A DNA stretch of 64,000 nt, taken from an uncultured virus (IMG/VR IMGVR_UViG_2061766007_000025). Lineage: Duplodnaviria > Heunggongvirae > Uroviricota > Caudoviricetes. Shown piece after piece: positions 1 through 9,473 of this stretch (the first letter of the stretch is position 1; each line of letters begins with the position of its first letter). Where the stretch lies: IMG/VR virus record IMGVR_UViG_2061766007_000025. One strand, written 5' to 3'. A model generated the notes under the pieces. That model searched no databases. It saw nothing but the letters and a program-made list of their open reading frames with translations, and had not been told where the DNA came from. Position numbers and translations under genes: made by a program.

Positions 1-552
1 ATTATAAATGGAATGGTAGTACATGGACATCTGTATCTACATTACCATATAACTTCTATAGTGGTTCTGCTGTAGTATATAATAATGAAATACATATACT
101 TGGTGGTGATAATAGTAGTAATTATACTAAACATTATAAATGGGATGGTAGTACATGGACAGAAGTATCTACATTACCATATGATTTCTATAGAGGTTCT
201 GCTGTAGTATATAATAATGAAATACATATAATGGGCAGTAATAGTAGTATTAAAACTAAGCATTATAAATGGGATGGTAATACATGGACATCTGTATCTA
301 CAATACCATATAACTTTGTTGATGGTTCTGCTGTAGTATATAATAATGAAATACATATATTAGGTAGTAGTTATAGTACTAGTAATAGTCAAACTAAGCA
401 TTATAAATGGAATGGTAGTACATGGACATCTGTATCTACATTAGAATATAACTTCTATTATGGTTCTGCTGTAGTATATAATAATGAAATACATATACTA
501 GGTACATATTATAGTAATAGTCAAAATAAGCATTATAAATGGAATGGTAGTA
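1..552 (+). repeat. Coding tandem repeat, about 4.2 units of 129-138 bp
   Basis: (C)ATTATAAATGG recurs at 1, 132, 261, 399 and 531; GGTTCTGCTGTAGTATATAATAATGAAATACATATA is identical in four units. Confidence 0.95.
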
Positions 553-584
553 TGTGGATTCAAGTAGGATTGTTTTTCTATTAA
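1..584 (+). CDS. 5'-truncated Kelch-repeat beta-propeller protein, possibly a tail fibre/receptor-binding protein
   Basis: Frame is open from position 3 to TAA at 584. Tandem units HYKW(N/D)GxTWTxVSTLPYxFxxGSAVVYNNEIHILG match the Kelch pattern; the ORF-track start at 231 is internal. Confidence 0.75.
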   Translation, partial: YKWNGSTWTSVSTLPYNFYSGSAVVYNNEIHILGGDNSSNYTKHYKWDGSTWTEVSTLPYDFYRGSAVVYNNEIHIMGSNSSIKTKHYKWDGNTWTSVSTIPYNFVDGSAVVYNNEIHILGSSYSTSNSQTKHYKWNGSTWTSVSTLEYNFYYGSAVVYNNEIHILGTYYSNSQNKHYKWNGSMWIQVGLFFY

Positions 585-611
585 ATTAATTATTCTAAAT
601 AATATTAATCT

Positions 612-636
612 CCCTATCGGAGATAATCCGATAGGG
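612..636 (+). terminator. Intrinsic terminator hairpin
   Basis: CCCTATCGGA-GATAA-TCCGATAGGG followed by a T run, downstream of the Kelch gene. Confidence 0.8.
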
Positions 637-664
637 GTTTTAATTGCAGTATATTATATTTCTT

Positions 665-678
665 AACATTTTTATAAT
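665..678 (+). promoter_or_regulatory. AR9-type late promoter motif AACA-N6-TAAT
   Basis: AACA-TTTTTA-TAAT just upstream of the RBS of 703; recurs upstream of many genes. Confidence 0.65.
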
Positions 679-702
679 AAGTTAAAAAGGAGATACAAAA
701 TT

Positions 703-1035
703 ATGGATAACATATTACCTATCTTACAATTAATATTAGCTGCTGGAAATGTATGTATTCTTGGTTATACTCTTATTAAATTTTTAGGAAAGCCTCATAA
801 TAATTTAGAGGCTAGAGTTAAATCATTAGAGGAATGGCGCAAAGATACAAATACAAAATTTGAACGAGATTTAAAGATGTTTGAAAGTTTTGAGCGTGCT
901 AATGAAGCTATAACTAAATCTGTTTTAGCATTAATTGAATTTGAACTAGAATATTGCAATTTGGAACATAAAGAGATATCTCCTATTTTGAAAAAAGCCA
1001 AAGAAGATTTGCATGATTTTTTAGTAATGAAATAA
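703..1035 (+). CDS. Small membrane-anchored coiled-coil protein (holin-like)
   Basis: AGGAG RBS; hydrophobic N-terminal helix followed by a charged coiled coil. Confidence 0.5.
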   Translation: MDNILPILQLILAAGNVCILGYTLIKFLGKPHNNLEARVKSLEEWRKDTNTKFERDLKMFESFERANEAITKSVLALIEFELEYCNLEHKEISPILKKAKEDLHDFLVMK

Positions 1036-1037
1036 AA

Positions 1038-1072
1038 TTTATCCCCATAGGAGATAATCCTATGGGGATAAA
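1038..1072. terminator. Bidirectional terminator between convergent genes
   Basis: TTTATCCCCATAGGA-GATAA-TCCTATGGGGATAAA perfect inverted repeat. Confidence 0.85.
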
Positions 1073-1075
1073 ATA

Positions 1076-1480
1076 TTAATTGTTTACATATACTACTATA
1101 TCTTCACATACATCAATAAAACCATATTCTTTTGTCAGTTCATATAGTTTATTATTCTGAACTATTATAAATATATTTGTTTTGTATTTGTCTTTCATAT
1201 AATTCATCATAGAAGTAAAGTTATCTATAGTATAATATTCTTCATTCTCTATATAGATATTATCTAATGCTATACAATCAGATGTCCAATATCCATTAGA
1301 TGGCACATTATCGCTATTTAGTATACTAAAATATCCTATAATATTATCATTCTTAATTATTCCATATACTTCAAAATTAGAATCATTAAGTAATTCTTCA
1401 CAAATACAATTGCCGGATAATAAATCTAGTTGTTCAAGTCGTTCTTTATAAGTAATATCTAGCTTTTTTATAAAACACAT
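1076..1480 (-). CDS. Hypothetical protein, possible GNAT fold
   Basis: GGAGG RBS; pattern 'YGIIKNDNIIGY...LDNIYI...N..LY....YGF' resembles GNAT acetyltransferases. Confidence 0.4.
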   Translation of the reverse strand: MCFIKKLDITYKERLEQLDLLSGNCICEELLNDSNFEVYGIIKNDNIIGYFSILNSDNVPSNGYWTSDCIALDNIYIENEEYYTIDNFTSMMNYMKDKYKTNIFIIVQNNKLYELTKEYGFIDVCEDIVVYVNN

Positions 1481-1577
1481 ATATTACCTCCTATATTTAA
1501 ACCCGTAATATTAATATGTGCTTAATTCACTTATAATTAATTTTCATTAACATTATATATTCATTTTTATCATCTAG

Positions 1578-1591
1578 AACAATCATATAAA
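1578..1591 (+). promoter_or_regulatory. AR9-type late promoter motif
   Basis: AACA-ATCATA-TAAA upstream of the 1620 RBS. Confidence 0.65.
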
Positions 1592-1619
1592 TAATCTACT
1601 ATATGGGAGGAGATAGAAA

Positions 1620-4379
1620 ATGGCTACAAATACCCAAATAGTCAATTACGGAACACTATCTAAACGGTTAGCATCATGTAATGACAATAAACAGAGTATT
1701 TTTAAAGCAAAAGATGTATTTAAGAAATATGATAATCTAACTAAGATTATGGAAAATACAAATGCATCAGATCAATCACTTAAATCAACTATTAGGGGTG
1801 TATTAGTAGAATTTGCTAATACAAATGTTGCTCAGGATTCTGTAGAACCTATACTTCATTTAGTTGAGGTTTTTAATGAAAAGAATTCTTATATGGCATC
1901 ATATATCGTTAATACATTTACTTCTAATATTCTTCCATGTATAAAGGATTTATCTTATTTACCAGAAACTGTTAGTAGATATGAAGAAGTTCTTTCAGAA
2001 GATCAAAAGAATGAAATATTATCTACTGCTAGTTTATATGAAGCAGCTGATAGAATATTAAAGAATCATGAATTTATATCTAAGAGATTTAATATTTCTT
2101 CTATAGTAGATAAGATTAATTTATATGGCTTAAATAATGTAGTATATGAAGTATCAAAGATGATAGATACTTATGATGTTACTCCATATCAAAAGCTTAA
2201 TATATGTATGGAAGAATTAACTTATCTTTTAGATAAGAAAGGTATAAATTATTCTAGAAAAGATTTAGTATCAGAAGCATTAAAATATTTCTTATTATCT
2301 ACAGAAACTTTAAACCATAAAGATAGAACAGGATATAAAGTTGCTATAAGTGAAAGTTATTGTTTAGGATTAGATGATAATGATATTAAATCTTTCTCTT
2401 ATATATGGAATGAATCTATAGATGGAGAAGAAGCCACTATAGAAAATGCTATACATACATTCTTATCTGCTTCTGAAAAGACACCAGAAGCACTGCAGAT
2501 TTGTTTAAATATAGTTCTTAAGAGTAATCCTGCACATTTTGCTTATAAGTTTGGTGATATTATTGATCTATTATGGTATGTATACAGATCAGAATTAATG
2601 GAATCAGAAGATATATACTTCATAGTTGATGAATTCATAGATGAGTTATCCAATCTGATTAAGCATTATATAGATTCTTCTGATATTATAAACAAAGAAT
2701 ATATTATATCTATCTGCAATGTAATAGAAGAAGTTAGAGTTAATGTATTAAAAGTACCTTCGAATACAGAGATATGTAGTGAGTTTTTATCAGCTTTAGA
2801 TAAGTTTAGAAATGTATTAGATGAATATTTGGATATTGTATATACAGAGTATAACTTAAATATCATTGATAAGATCAATACAAGCAGTAATACTGTTACT
2901 TTAGTTGATGAAGGCAAATTCTTTAAAGGTGGTTTATTAGCAGCTGTTAGAAATTTAGATAAATACCTTAAAGAAAAATGTGATAAGACTAAGAAACAGG
3001 CTAAAGATAAGTTAGATACAGTAACTGATAAGATTAAAAAGGTGTTATGGCCTGAAAATGAATCATATTCTATATATTCATTTATAGGAGATGATACTAA
3101 GGTAGATATGTGTTTATATAGAGCCGAATTAACAGAAGATATGAATACATATTTTATAAGTAAGGAACTGGACACATTATGCCAGGAATTCAATTATCAA
3201 CTAGATCTATCTAATACATATAATGCTAGATGCTATTATCTTATTAACCCAGGCGTAGCAGAGATACATTTAAAGAGTTTAAATAATATTCTTCTTACAG
3301 AGAAAGATTTATCTCTTATAGCAGAATCCGATAAACCAGATTTTGATTTCTATATAGAGAAACTTGCTGAATGTGTAGCTTATTCAGATCTATTAGAAGA
3401 ACATACTCCTGAAGATATTATGCAGGAGGTATATTCTAAAGTAGAATATCTTAATAAAGATTCTTTCGATACTGTATTAGAAGCTTTATCCATTATAGGA
3501 GTTAATAATACAGATATATCTATATTGACTGAAAAATATCTTGATAGTATGTATATTCAAGAATCTGTTGATGCTTATGAATCGGAACAGAAGTTAATTG
3601 AAAACACTGTTAATAGTTGGGAAGCTTGCACCAATATACCATATACTTCTCAGATACAAGCATATCTTGTGTTAGAAGCTATATTATCAGAAGCTGATAG
3701 ACCTACATACTTTAGCACAGTTAAAAGTGATAAAGAAGCTAATGATGCAGCAGCTAAAAAGAAATTAGAAGCCGATAAAGCTAAATTAGCTAAGCAAAAA
3801 GAAGAAGCTAAAGCTAAAGAAGAGAAAGAAGAAGTTAAGAAGAATCCATTTAAAGGTATTAATGTAACTAACCTTAAGTTATTCTTACAAGGACTTAAAG
3901 TTTCTTTTAAAGATATGTCTCAGAAAGAGAAAGAATTATCTCGTAATGTAGATGTTGTAGCTAAACAATTAGTAAAATCTTTCAAAGATGCTATGATATC
4001 TGATAGAAGAGAAGCTATTATAAAAGGATCTGTTATTCCTTCATTCTCTAAATGTATTAAGATAGCTATTGCTTTAGCAGGTATTGGTCACTTTGTTGGA
4101 TTTGGTGCTGCAATAATTACGGCTATTGGTGGATTTGCTATATCTAAGAGACTAACTCAAAAAGAAAGAACTTTATTACTTGATGAAATTGATACAGAAC
4201 TTGAAGTTGTGGATAAAGAGATATCTATAGCTGAAAGTAATAATCAGATGAAGAAGTATAGAGCTCTTCTTAAATATAAGAAAGATCTTCAAAGACAGTA
4301 TCAAAGAATTAGATATAATATCAGAGTTGGTAAAGATATATTACCTGGTTCTACTGTTGGTCTTAAGAATAATGACTAG
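1620..4379 (+). CDS. Large virion/head-associated protein (919 aa)
   Basis: Long ORF with GGAGG RBS and late promoter, upstream of the capsid gene; hydrophobic segment and coiled coil at the C-terminus; several hydrophobic-x-E motifs. Confidence 0.55.
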   Translation: MATNTQIVNYGTLSKRLASCNDNKQSIFKAKDVFKKYDNLTKIMENTNASDQSLKSTIRGVLVEFANTNVAQDSVEPILHLVEVFNEKNSYMASYIVNTFTSNILPCIKDLSYLPETVSRYEEVLSEDQKNEILSTASLYEAADRILKNHEFISKRFNISSIVDKINLYGLNNVVYEVSKMIDTYDVTPYQKLNICMEELTYLLDKKGINYSRKDLVSEALKYFLLSTETLNHKDRTGYKVAISESYCLGLDDNDIKSFSYIWNESIDGEEATIENAIHTFLSASEKTPEALQICLNIVLKSNPAHFAYKFGDIIDLLWYVYRSELMESEDIYFIVDEFIDELSNLIKHYIDSSDIINKEYIISICNVIEEVRVNVLKVPSNTEICSEFLSALDKFRNVLDEYLDIVYTEYNLNIIDKINTSSNTVTLVDEGKFFKGGLLAAVRNLDKYLKEKCDKTKKQAKDKLDTVTDKIKKVLWPENESYSIYSFIGDDTKVDMCLYRAELTEDMNTYFISKELDTLCQEFNYQLDLSNTYNARCYYLINPGVAEIHLKSLNNILLTEKDLSLIAESDKPDFDFYIEKLAECVAYSDLLEEHTPEDIMQEVYSKVEYLNKDSFDTVLEALSIIGVNNTDISILTEKYLDSMYIQESVDAYESEQKLIENTVNSWEACTNIPYTSQIQAYLVLEAILSEADRPTYFSTVKSDKEANDAAAKKKLEADKAKLAKQKEEAKAKEEKEEVKKNPFKGINVTNLKLFLQGLKVSFKDMSQKEKELSRNVDVVAKQLVKSFKDAMISDRREAIIKGSVIPSFSKCIKIAIALAGIGHFVGFGAAIITAIGGFAISKRLTQKERTLLLDEIDTELEVVDKEISIAESNNQMKKYRALLKYKKDLQRQYQRIRYNIRVGKDILPGSTVGLKNND

Positions 4380-4399
4380 AAAGGAGGACTAGATATCTT

Positions 4400-5104
4400 A
4401 TGGGATTCATTAAAAGAAATATGACTTTTACTAATTTACTTGAAGCAGAAGTTGATGATATGAATGCTATATTAACTGGTGGAATGGATGCTGGATCTAA
4501 AGATTATTCTACTAATGATGCTCCACCAGCAAATAATAATCCAGAGAATACAGATCAACCTGCTGAAGATAATACCCCTGCTACGCCAGAAGATAATGCT
4601 GGAGAAGAAAATACAGATGATGGAAATCTTGATGGTGCTAATCCAGATGATGATATTAGTATAGATACATCTCTTGATATAGGAGATGATAGCAATGATA
4701 CAGGTGGGGATACTATACCTACAGATACTACATCATCTACACCAACTACTGGTGAAGGAGAAGAAAATAAAATCAATACAAATATGTTTACTTCTCTTAG
4801 TGCTGAAGAGCAAGCTATAAAGATTACTGAGTTAAAGAGATTATTTACTCAACTTCATTCTTCATGTGAGGATATGTTAGATAAGATTAATAATATAGAT
4901 GTAACCTCTGATAATATTAAACATATCGATAGAATTACTTCTACTTTATCTGATCTGAAAGAATATATAATGGCATATGTTACTAAGAATTTTATTATAA
5001 ATTCATATTATCAGAATGATGTTATGTATAACAGGTTCTTAACTATATTTAATTCAGTATCTGTAGCACTTTCAGACATATCAAACCTATATAAAAAGAA
5101 ATAA
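4400..5104 (+). CDS. Acidic protein, candidate prohead scaffold/core protein
   Basis: AAGGAGG RBS; D/E/N/T-rich linker, LLE motif near the N-terminus, helical C-terminus; immediately precedes the capsid gene. Confidence 0.45.
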   Translation: MGFIKRNMTFTNLLEAEVDDMNAILTGGMDAGSKDYSTNDAPPANNNPENTDQPAEDNTPATPEDNAGEENTDDGNLDGANPDDDISIDTSLDIGDDSNDTGGDTIPTDTTSSTPTTGEGEENKINTNMFTSLSAEEQAIKITELKRLFTQLHSSCEDMLDKINNIDVTSDNIKHIDRITSTLSDLKEYIMAYVTKNFIINSYYQNDVMYNRFLTIFNSVSVALSDISNLYKKK

Positions 5105-5116
5105 CATAATGATAAA
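5103..5116 (+). promoter_or_regulatory. AR9-type late promoter motif
   Basis: AACA-TAATGA-TAAA about 100 nt upstream of the capsid gene. Confidence 0.6.
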
Positions 5117-5215
5117 GATTAGTAGTGCTAATTGTAGGCATTTCTATTCTTAAAATTAGCTATATGAAAGATAATATAATATCTTTTAAAATTCTTTAGA
5201 AGGAGGAATATAACA

Positions 5216-6976
5216 ATGATTGCTGGCGAGAGACAGAAAAAGCTTAACGGTAAAGCTTACCGTAATGATCCGCTTTATGCTTTTGGTAAGGCATTCACAG
5301 AAGCTGCTCAGAATATTTTAACAACTGAGAGCTTTGATATCTTTTCAGAGCCAAAGAAAGCAGTTAGATCTAATGCTGTTAGAGAAGCATTACGTCAGTT
5401 CTTCTGCGAGAACTTTGTAAATGAGGAAGATCCAACTAAGTCCCCTGAGGAGATCGAGGACGAGCTCAATGATGTTAATGAGCAGTTTGAAAATGATATG
5501 GAAGGTATCCAGGAGAATTCAGCTATGAGTGAGTATTCACCTATGGTTGGTATGGCACTTCCAATTCATAAGCTTATCCTTATGAACAACGTATTTGCAC
5601 AGGGTAATGGTATTCAGAAAGTTACCGCTGTACAGCCTTCATTCACAATTTCAATGGAGAGAAGGCTCCTTGTTACTCCTGATGGACAGGAAATTGATAT
5701 GTTCGTAAATCAGAATCAGATTGCTGATGCTATTGATTCTACAGCTCCTACTGTTACTGTAGAACTTTCACTTCCTGAAAAAGGAACAACTGATATCCTT
5801 GGAACATATCTTCATGGTACAGCTCTTGATGAGCTTTCAACAGAGACACATGTTTCTGGTATCTATGTTGCTAACGTTTACATCGCAGAGGGTGATCACC
5901 TTCCAGATGCAGATGGTTGGATGACAACTAAGGGTGAGGTTGCTACTGCTGAAACAGCTGGTACATACAATGTATGGTTCCCAGTTAATATTGGCTTTAC
6001 ACCTGCTTATGGCGGACCTAACAAGCTTGAGAGAACACTCACAAAGCCTGTTACAATTAAGTATAAGACAGATGCAGCTGGTACTATCGCTACACTTCAA
6101 GATACACTCTTTGGTTCAATGAACAATAATAAGATTAATCTTCTTACTGTTCAGGGTGCTATTACTAAGGTTAGACTTGCTGCTAAGCTTAATACTTCAA
6201 ATGCTATGCTTGATACTTGCTCAGTAAAATGGAAAGTTGATTCCGATTACGTTGAGATTCCTGAGGCAACACCTGTTAATACAACCATTAGCCCAGAAGA
6301 GGTTAAGGATATTGCAGCTATGTATGATGCAAATCAGGTAACTAAGATTATGTCTATGACAAAGACAGCTCTTAGTGAGTACAAGGATATGAAGATCAAG
6401 AGACAGCTTGATTCTGAGTTTGATAGAATGGATGAGAGAAGATCATTCCAGGGTGAGTTCGACTTTGCAGTTCCAGAAGGTTATGCACTTGACTGGGTAA
6501 CACATCGTCAGGCTACATTTATGGATTACTTCGATGATCTTGTAACAAGAATGCTCCAGGTTTGGAACGATACTAATATGACAATCTCTGTATTTGGTGA
6601 TCCACGTATCGTACGTAAGATTACTCCTACAGACTATACATATCAGGCTCCTGCAAGCATTGGTCCTGTTACACTTGACTATACTCAGACAATCGTAAAT
6701 ACAAAGGATCAGAGAGTTTATAGCTTCGTTGGTTCCGACAAGCTTCGTAACACAAATGAGCTTATGGTTCTCCTTAATCCTCGTAATACTGAGCGTATTT
6801 GCTTCAGAATTTATGATTATCAGCTTTACATCTCAAATGAGATTCGTAATGCTACTAATCCAGCTCTTCCTGCTATCCACAGCTTCGAGAGATGGAAGAT
6901 GATCAATTACCAGGGCGTAATGGCTAAGGTTAATATCCTTAATCCATCTGGTATGCGTGCACCACAGACATTCTAA
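5216..6976 (+). CDS. Probable major capsid protein precursor (586 aa)
   Basis: Strong RBS, late promoter and terminator; more C-ending codons than neighbours; acidic N-terminal region ending near IQE-NS; size and context fit an AR9/phiKZ-like MCP. Not database-verified. Confidence 0.65.
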   Translation: MIAGERQKKLNGKAYRNDPLYAFGKAFTEAAQNILTTESFDIFSEPKKAVRSNAVREALRQFFCENFVNEEDPTKSPEEIEDELNDVNEQFENDMEGIQENSAMSEYSPMVGMALPIHKLILMNNVFAQGNGIQKVTAVQPSFTISMERRLLVTPDGQEIDMFVNQNQIADAIDSTAPTVTVELSLPEKGTTDILGTYLHGTALDELSTETHVSGIYVANVYIAEGDHLPDADGWMTTKGEVATAETAGTYNVWFPVNIGFTPAYGGPNKLERTLTKPVTIKYKTDAAGTIATLQDTLFGSMNNNKINLLTVQGAITKVRLAAKLNTSNAMLDTCSVKWKVDSDYVEIPEATPVNTTISPEEVKDIAAMYDANQVTKIMSMTKTALSEYKDMKIKRQLDSEFDRMDERRSFQGEFDFAVPEGYALDWVTHRQATFMDYFDDLVTRMLQVWNDTNMTISVFGDPRIVRKITPTDYTYQAPASIGPVTLDYTQTIVNTKDQRVYSFVGSDKLRNTNELMVLLNPRNTERICFRIYDYQLYISNEIRNATNPALPAIHSFERWKMINYQGVMAKVNILNPSGMRAPQTF

Positions 6977-7020
6977 GATAAAAAATAGACGTGTCTTGTC
7001 ATAAACCTCTTTTTATAATA

Positions 7021-7053
7021 AATCCCTCTAGAGGAACAACCTCTAGAGGGATT
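7021..7053. terminator. Bidirectional terminator
   Basis: AATCCCTCTAGAGG-AACAA-CCTCTAGAGGGATT between convergent genes. Confidence 0.85.
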
Positions 7054-7068
7054 ATTACTGTCTTTTTA

Positions 7069-7575
7069 TCACCAAACATACGGTCTAAGTAATGGATACC
7101 ATGTTATAATACTTTCACTAAATCTTTTTGTGGTCTCTGATTCTAATGTAGGATATCCTAATATATAATTTGGATACCATTCATCATAGAATGTACTATA
7201 ATGTGATATAGCTATAGATTCACCATCTAATTTTTCATCAAAGAAACTATTTTTAAATATAACAATATAATCTCCCATATTAGATGGTTTCTTATATGGT
7301 TCACGAGTTTCATCGGTTAATAGATTTGTAATATCACAATATGCTACAGCACAATTCTCTAATAGATAATCTTCTACTTCACTGGTATTTGTATCCCAAC
7401 CAAATCCTTCATAAAAATTATGAAGTAATACGATCCTATTATTACCTGATAGATCTACAAATACTGATCTATGATAATCATGATTTATTTTAACATCATC
7501 AATTAACTTAGAATCTACTGTAATAAGATATACTCCATCTTTTTGTGGTGATTCTGTTTTCCATTCGTAATACAT
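7069..7575 (-). CDS. Hypothetical protein with two DUF551-like units
   Basis: W..ESP.KDG.YLIT ... I.TW.PL..PY pattern occurs twice; paralogous to the upstream gene. Confidence 0.5.
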   Translation of the reverse strand: MYYEWKTESPQKDGVYLITVDSKLIDDVKINHDYHRSVFVDLSGNNRIVLLHNFYEGFGWDTNTSEVEDYLLENCAVAYCDITNLLTDETREPYKKPSNMGDYIVIFKNSFFDEKLDGESIAISHYSTFYDEWYPNYILGYPTLESETTKRFSESIITWYPLLRPYVW

Positions 7576-7590
7576 AATAAAAAGCTTCTC

Positions 7591-8103
7591 CTATTGATAA
7601 ATAATATCTACATTATATGATTCAGACATTTCTGTCCAAGCTATGATAGACTCTGCAAACATCTTTATCATATTTTCATCATCTGAATCGATAAAATCTG
7701 GTGCCCATGTATGTTTACTAGCAATATAAAAACATGGTAAAATATAAATATCGCATCCTACAAAACAGTCATTTGTAAGAGCTAAAAAGTACATACTAGT
7801 TTTTTCTGGTAATTCTTCCATATATTTCCATTCTTTATCATCAGGGTCATAATTAATTTCGAAATCACAATCATCTACATCACAATATACTATTACTACA
7901 TTTATTAATTCATCATAATATTCATCTGGAAAATCTTTGCACATTCCATTTTCAAATTTTACCATATCAACAAAAATTCTTAAGTCATAATTAAAAATTT
8001 CTATATCTTGTTTCATTTTTTCCGATAGATTGCTTGCATCCATAGTAACAAGATATCCACCATCTTTTTCAGATACTCCTGGTATCTAATTAATTTTTTC
8101 CAT
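7591..8103 (-). pseudogene. DUF551-like paralog with an in-frame TAG at codon 6
   Basis: AGAGGA RBS and ATG at 8103 are in frame with 7591..8043; reads MEKIN*IPGVSEKDGGYLVTMDAS versus paralog MYYEWKTESPQKDGVYLITVDS. Confidence 0.55.
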
Positions 8104-8196
8104 ATTTAGATTCCTCTAATATAATTTATTACGTATACATTAATATAATATATATAGTTAAAAGTTATATTATTTTTCAATATGGAGGTATATACT

Positions 8197-8835
8197 ATGA
8201 AAAATGATAAAGAAACAATGTTATGGCAAAGAAAAGTATTAGCTATATATGGATTTCTACTTCCAATATTAGCTCCTTTATTTGGGCTCCTAGCATATGA
8301 TCTTAATGGGCCAACATTCTGGTATTCTATATCAGCAACGTTTTATGCTACATCTAATATCTTAATGATTGGTACATTAGCAATATTTGCTTTCTTCTTG
8401 TGGACATATAAAGGTTATGATATTGGTGATAGTTTTACATGTAAATTCTCTGCTACTATGGCTGCAGGCATATTAGTATTTCCATGTAAGTGCCCAGCAG
8501 CTGGAGAAACTACAGGTATATTAAATATTCCTACAAATATATCTAATATATTCCACTGTACTATAGCTGCATTGTTATTTGCTAGCTTTGCTTATATGAT
8601 AGGATTTAGATTTACCAAATCATCTAGAAGTATTACAGATAAGAAAAAGCAACGTAACAAAGTATACTTAATATGTGCTGGTATAATAGTTTTATTCATG
8701 ATTAGCCAAGTAATAACTTCTTTACTTAAGATATCATGGATGACTATAGTAAATGAAGCATTTATGCTATGGGCTTTTAGTTTTGCATGGTTAGTAAAAT
8801 CAGATAAGATTAAATACTTTACAGATAAAAAATAA
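8197..8835 (+). CDS. Polytopic membrane protein (DUF998-like, about 6 TM)
   Basis: GGAGG RBS favours the start at 8197; about six hydrophobic segments; 'SIS..FY', H and E residues within helices. Confidence 0.6.
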   Translation: MKNDKETMLWQRKVLAIYGFLLPILAPLFGLLAYDLNGPTFWYSISATFYATSNILMIGTLAIFAFFLWTYKGYDIGDSFTCKFSATMAAGILVFPCKCPAAGETTGILNIPTNISNIFHCTIAALLFASFAYMIGFRFTKSSRSITDKKKQRNKVYLICAGIIVLFMISQVITSLLKISWMTIVNEAFMLWAFSFAWLVKSDKIKYFTDKK

Positions 8836-8860
8836 ACTAGAATAATAGATATAGAAGATT

Positions 8861-8894
8861 AATGTAGATGGTGGAATAACCCACCATCTACATT
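8861..8894. terminator. Bidirectional terminator
   Basis: AATGTAGATGGTGG-AATAAC-CCACCATCTACATT between convergent genes. Confidence 0.85.
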
Positions 8895-8902
8895 TTTGTT
8901 TC

Positions 8903-9085
8903 TTACAGTCTTACCTTAGCTTTGTTAACTTTGACAAAGCCAATAGTCTGATCATCTTCTGATACCGGAACATTGTAATTCTCTCCATCATCTGTCATTT
9001 CTGATATATGATATATACGACCATTATTCATATCATAATAATCAGAATTTGTTCCATACATGTTGATTATCTCTGCAATATCCAT
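8903..9085 (-). CDS. Hypothetical protein (60 aa)
   Basis: AAGGAG RBS inside the end of the upstream gene; tightly packed. Confidence 0.65.
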   Translation of the reverse strand: MDIAEIINMYGTNSDYYDMNNGRIYHISEMTDDGENYNVPVSEDDQTIGFVKVNKAKVRL

Positions 9086-9087
9086 AA

Positions 9088-9363
9088 TTATACTACTCCT
9101 TTCTTAAGTGAAGATTTATGATAGAAATAACCATATATTTTTCTTTCATCGATATTTGCTAATACATAAACAACTTTTAATGCAGCATCATCTTTTTTAT
9201 CACGATTAATATCAAGATCAATCTGCTTAAGAAGTTCTTTATCTGATGCATAAATGGTTCCAAACATTTCATCTTTCCAACTTCCATCTGTTTGTCTGCT
9301 ATACCTATCGATATATGTATACTCCTGATCAATTTTAAATACTGCGTTACATTTACTAATCAT
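9088..9363 (-). CDS. Hypothetical protein (91 aa)
   Basis: GAGG RBS; operon packing. Confidence 0.65.
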   Translation of the reverse strand: MISKCNAVFKIDQEYTYIDRYSRQTDGSWKDEMFGTIYASDKELLKQIDLDINRDKKDDAALKVVYVLANIDERKIYGYFYHKSSLKKGVV

Positions 9364-9473
9364 AACTATTACCTCTCTTTTCTTTCGAAATACTATTTGT
9401 AGTTACTTTAAATAGATATTTATATTTCTATTCATGGTAATATTATATACTCAAAATATGTAACTTTTACATT

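Noticed and set aside
1..552. CRISPR array interpretation of the regular repeats
   Set aside because: Units are 129-138 bp, all multiples of 3, and encode an uninterrupted Kelch ORF.
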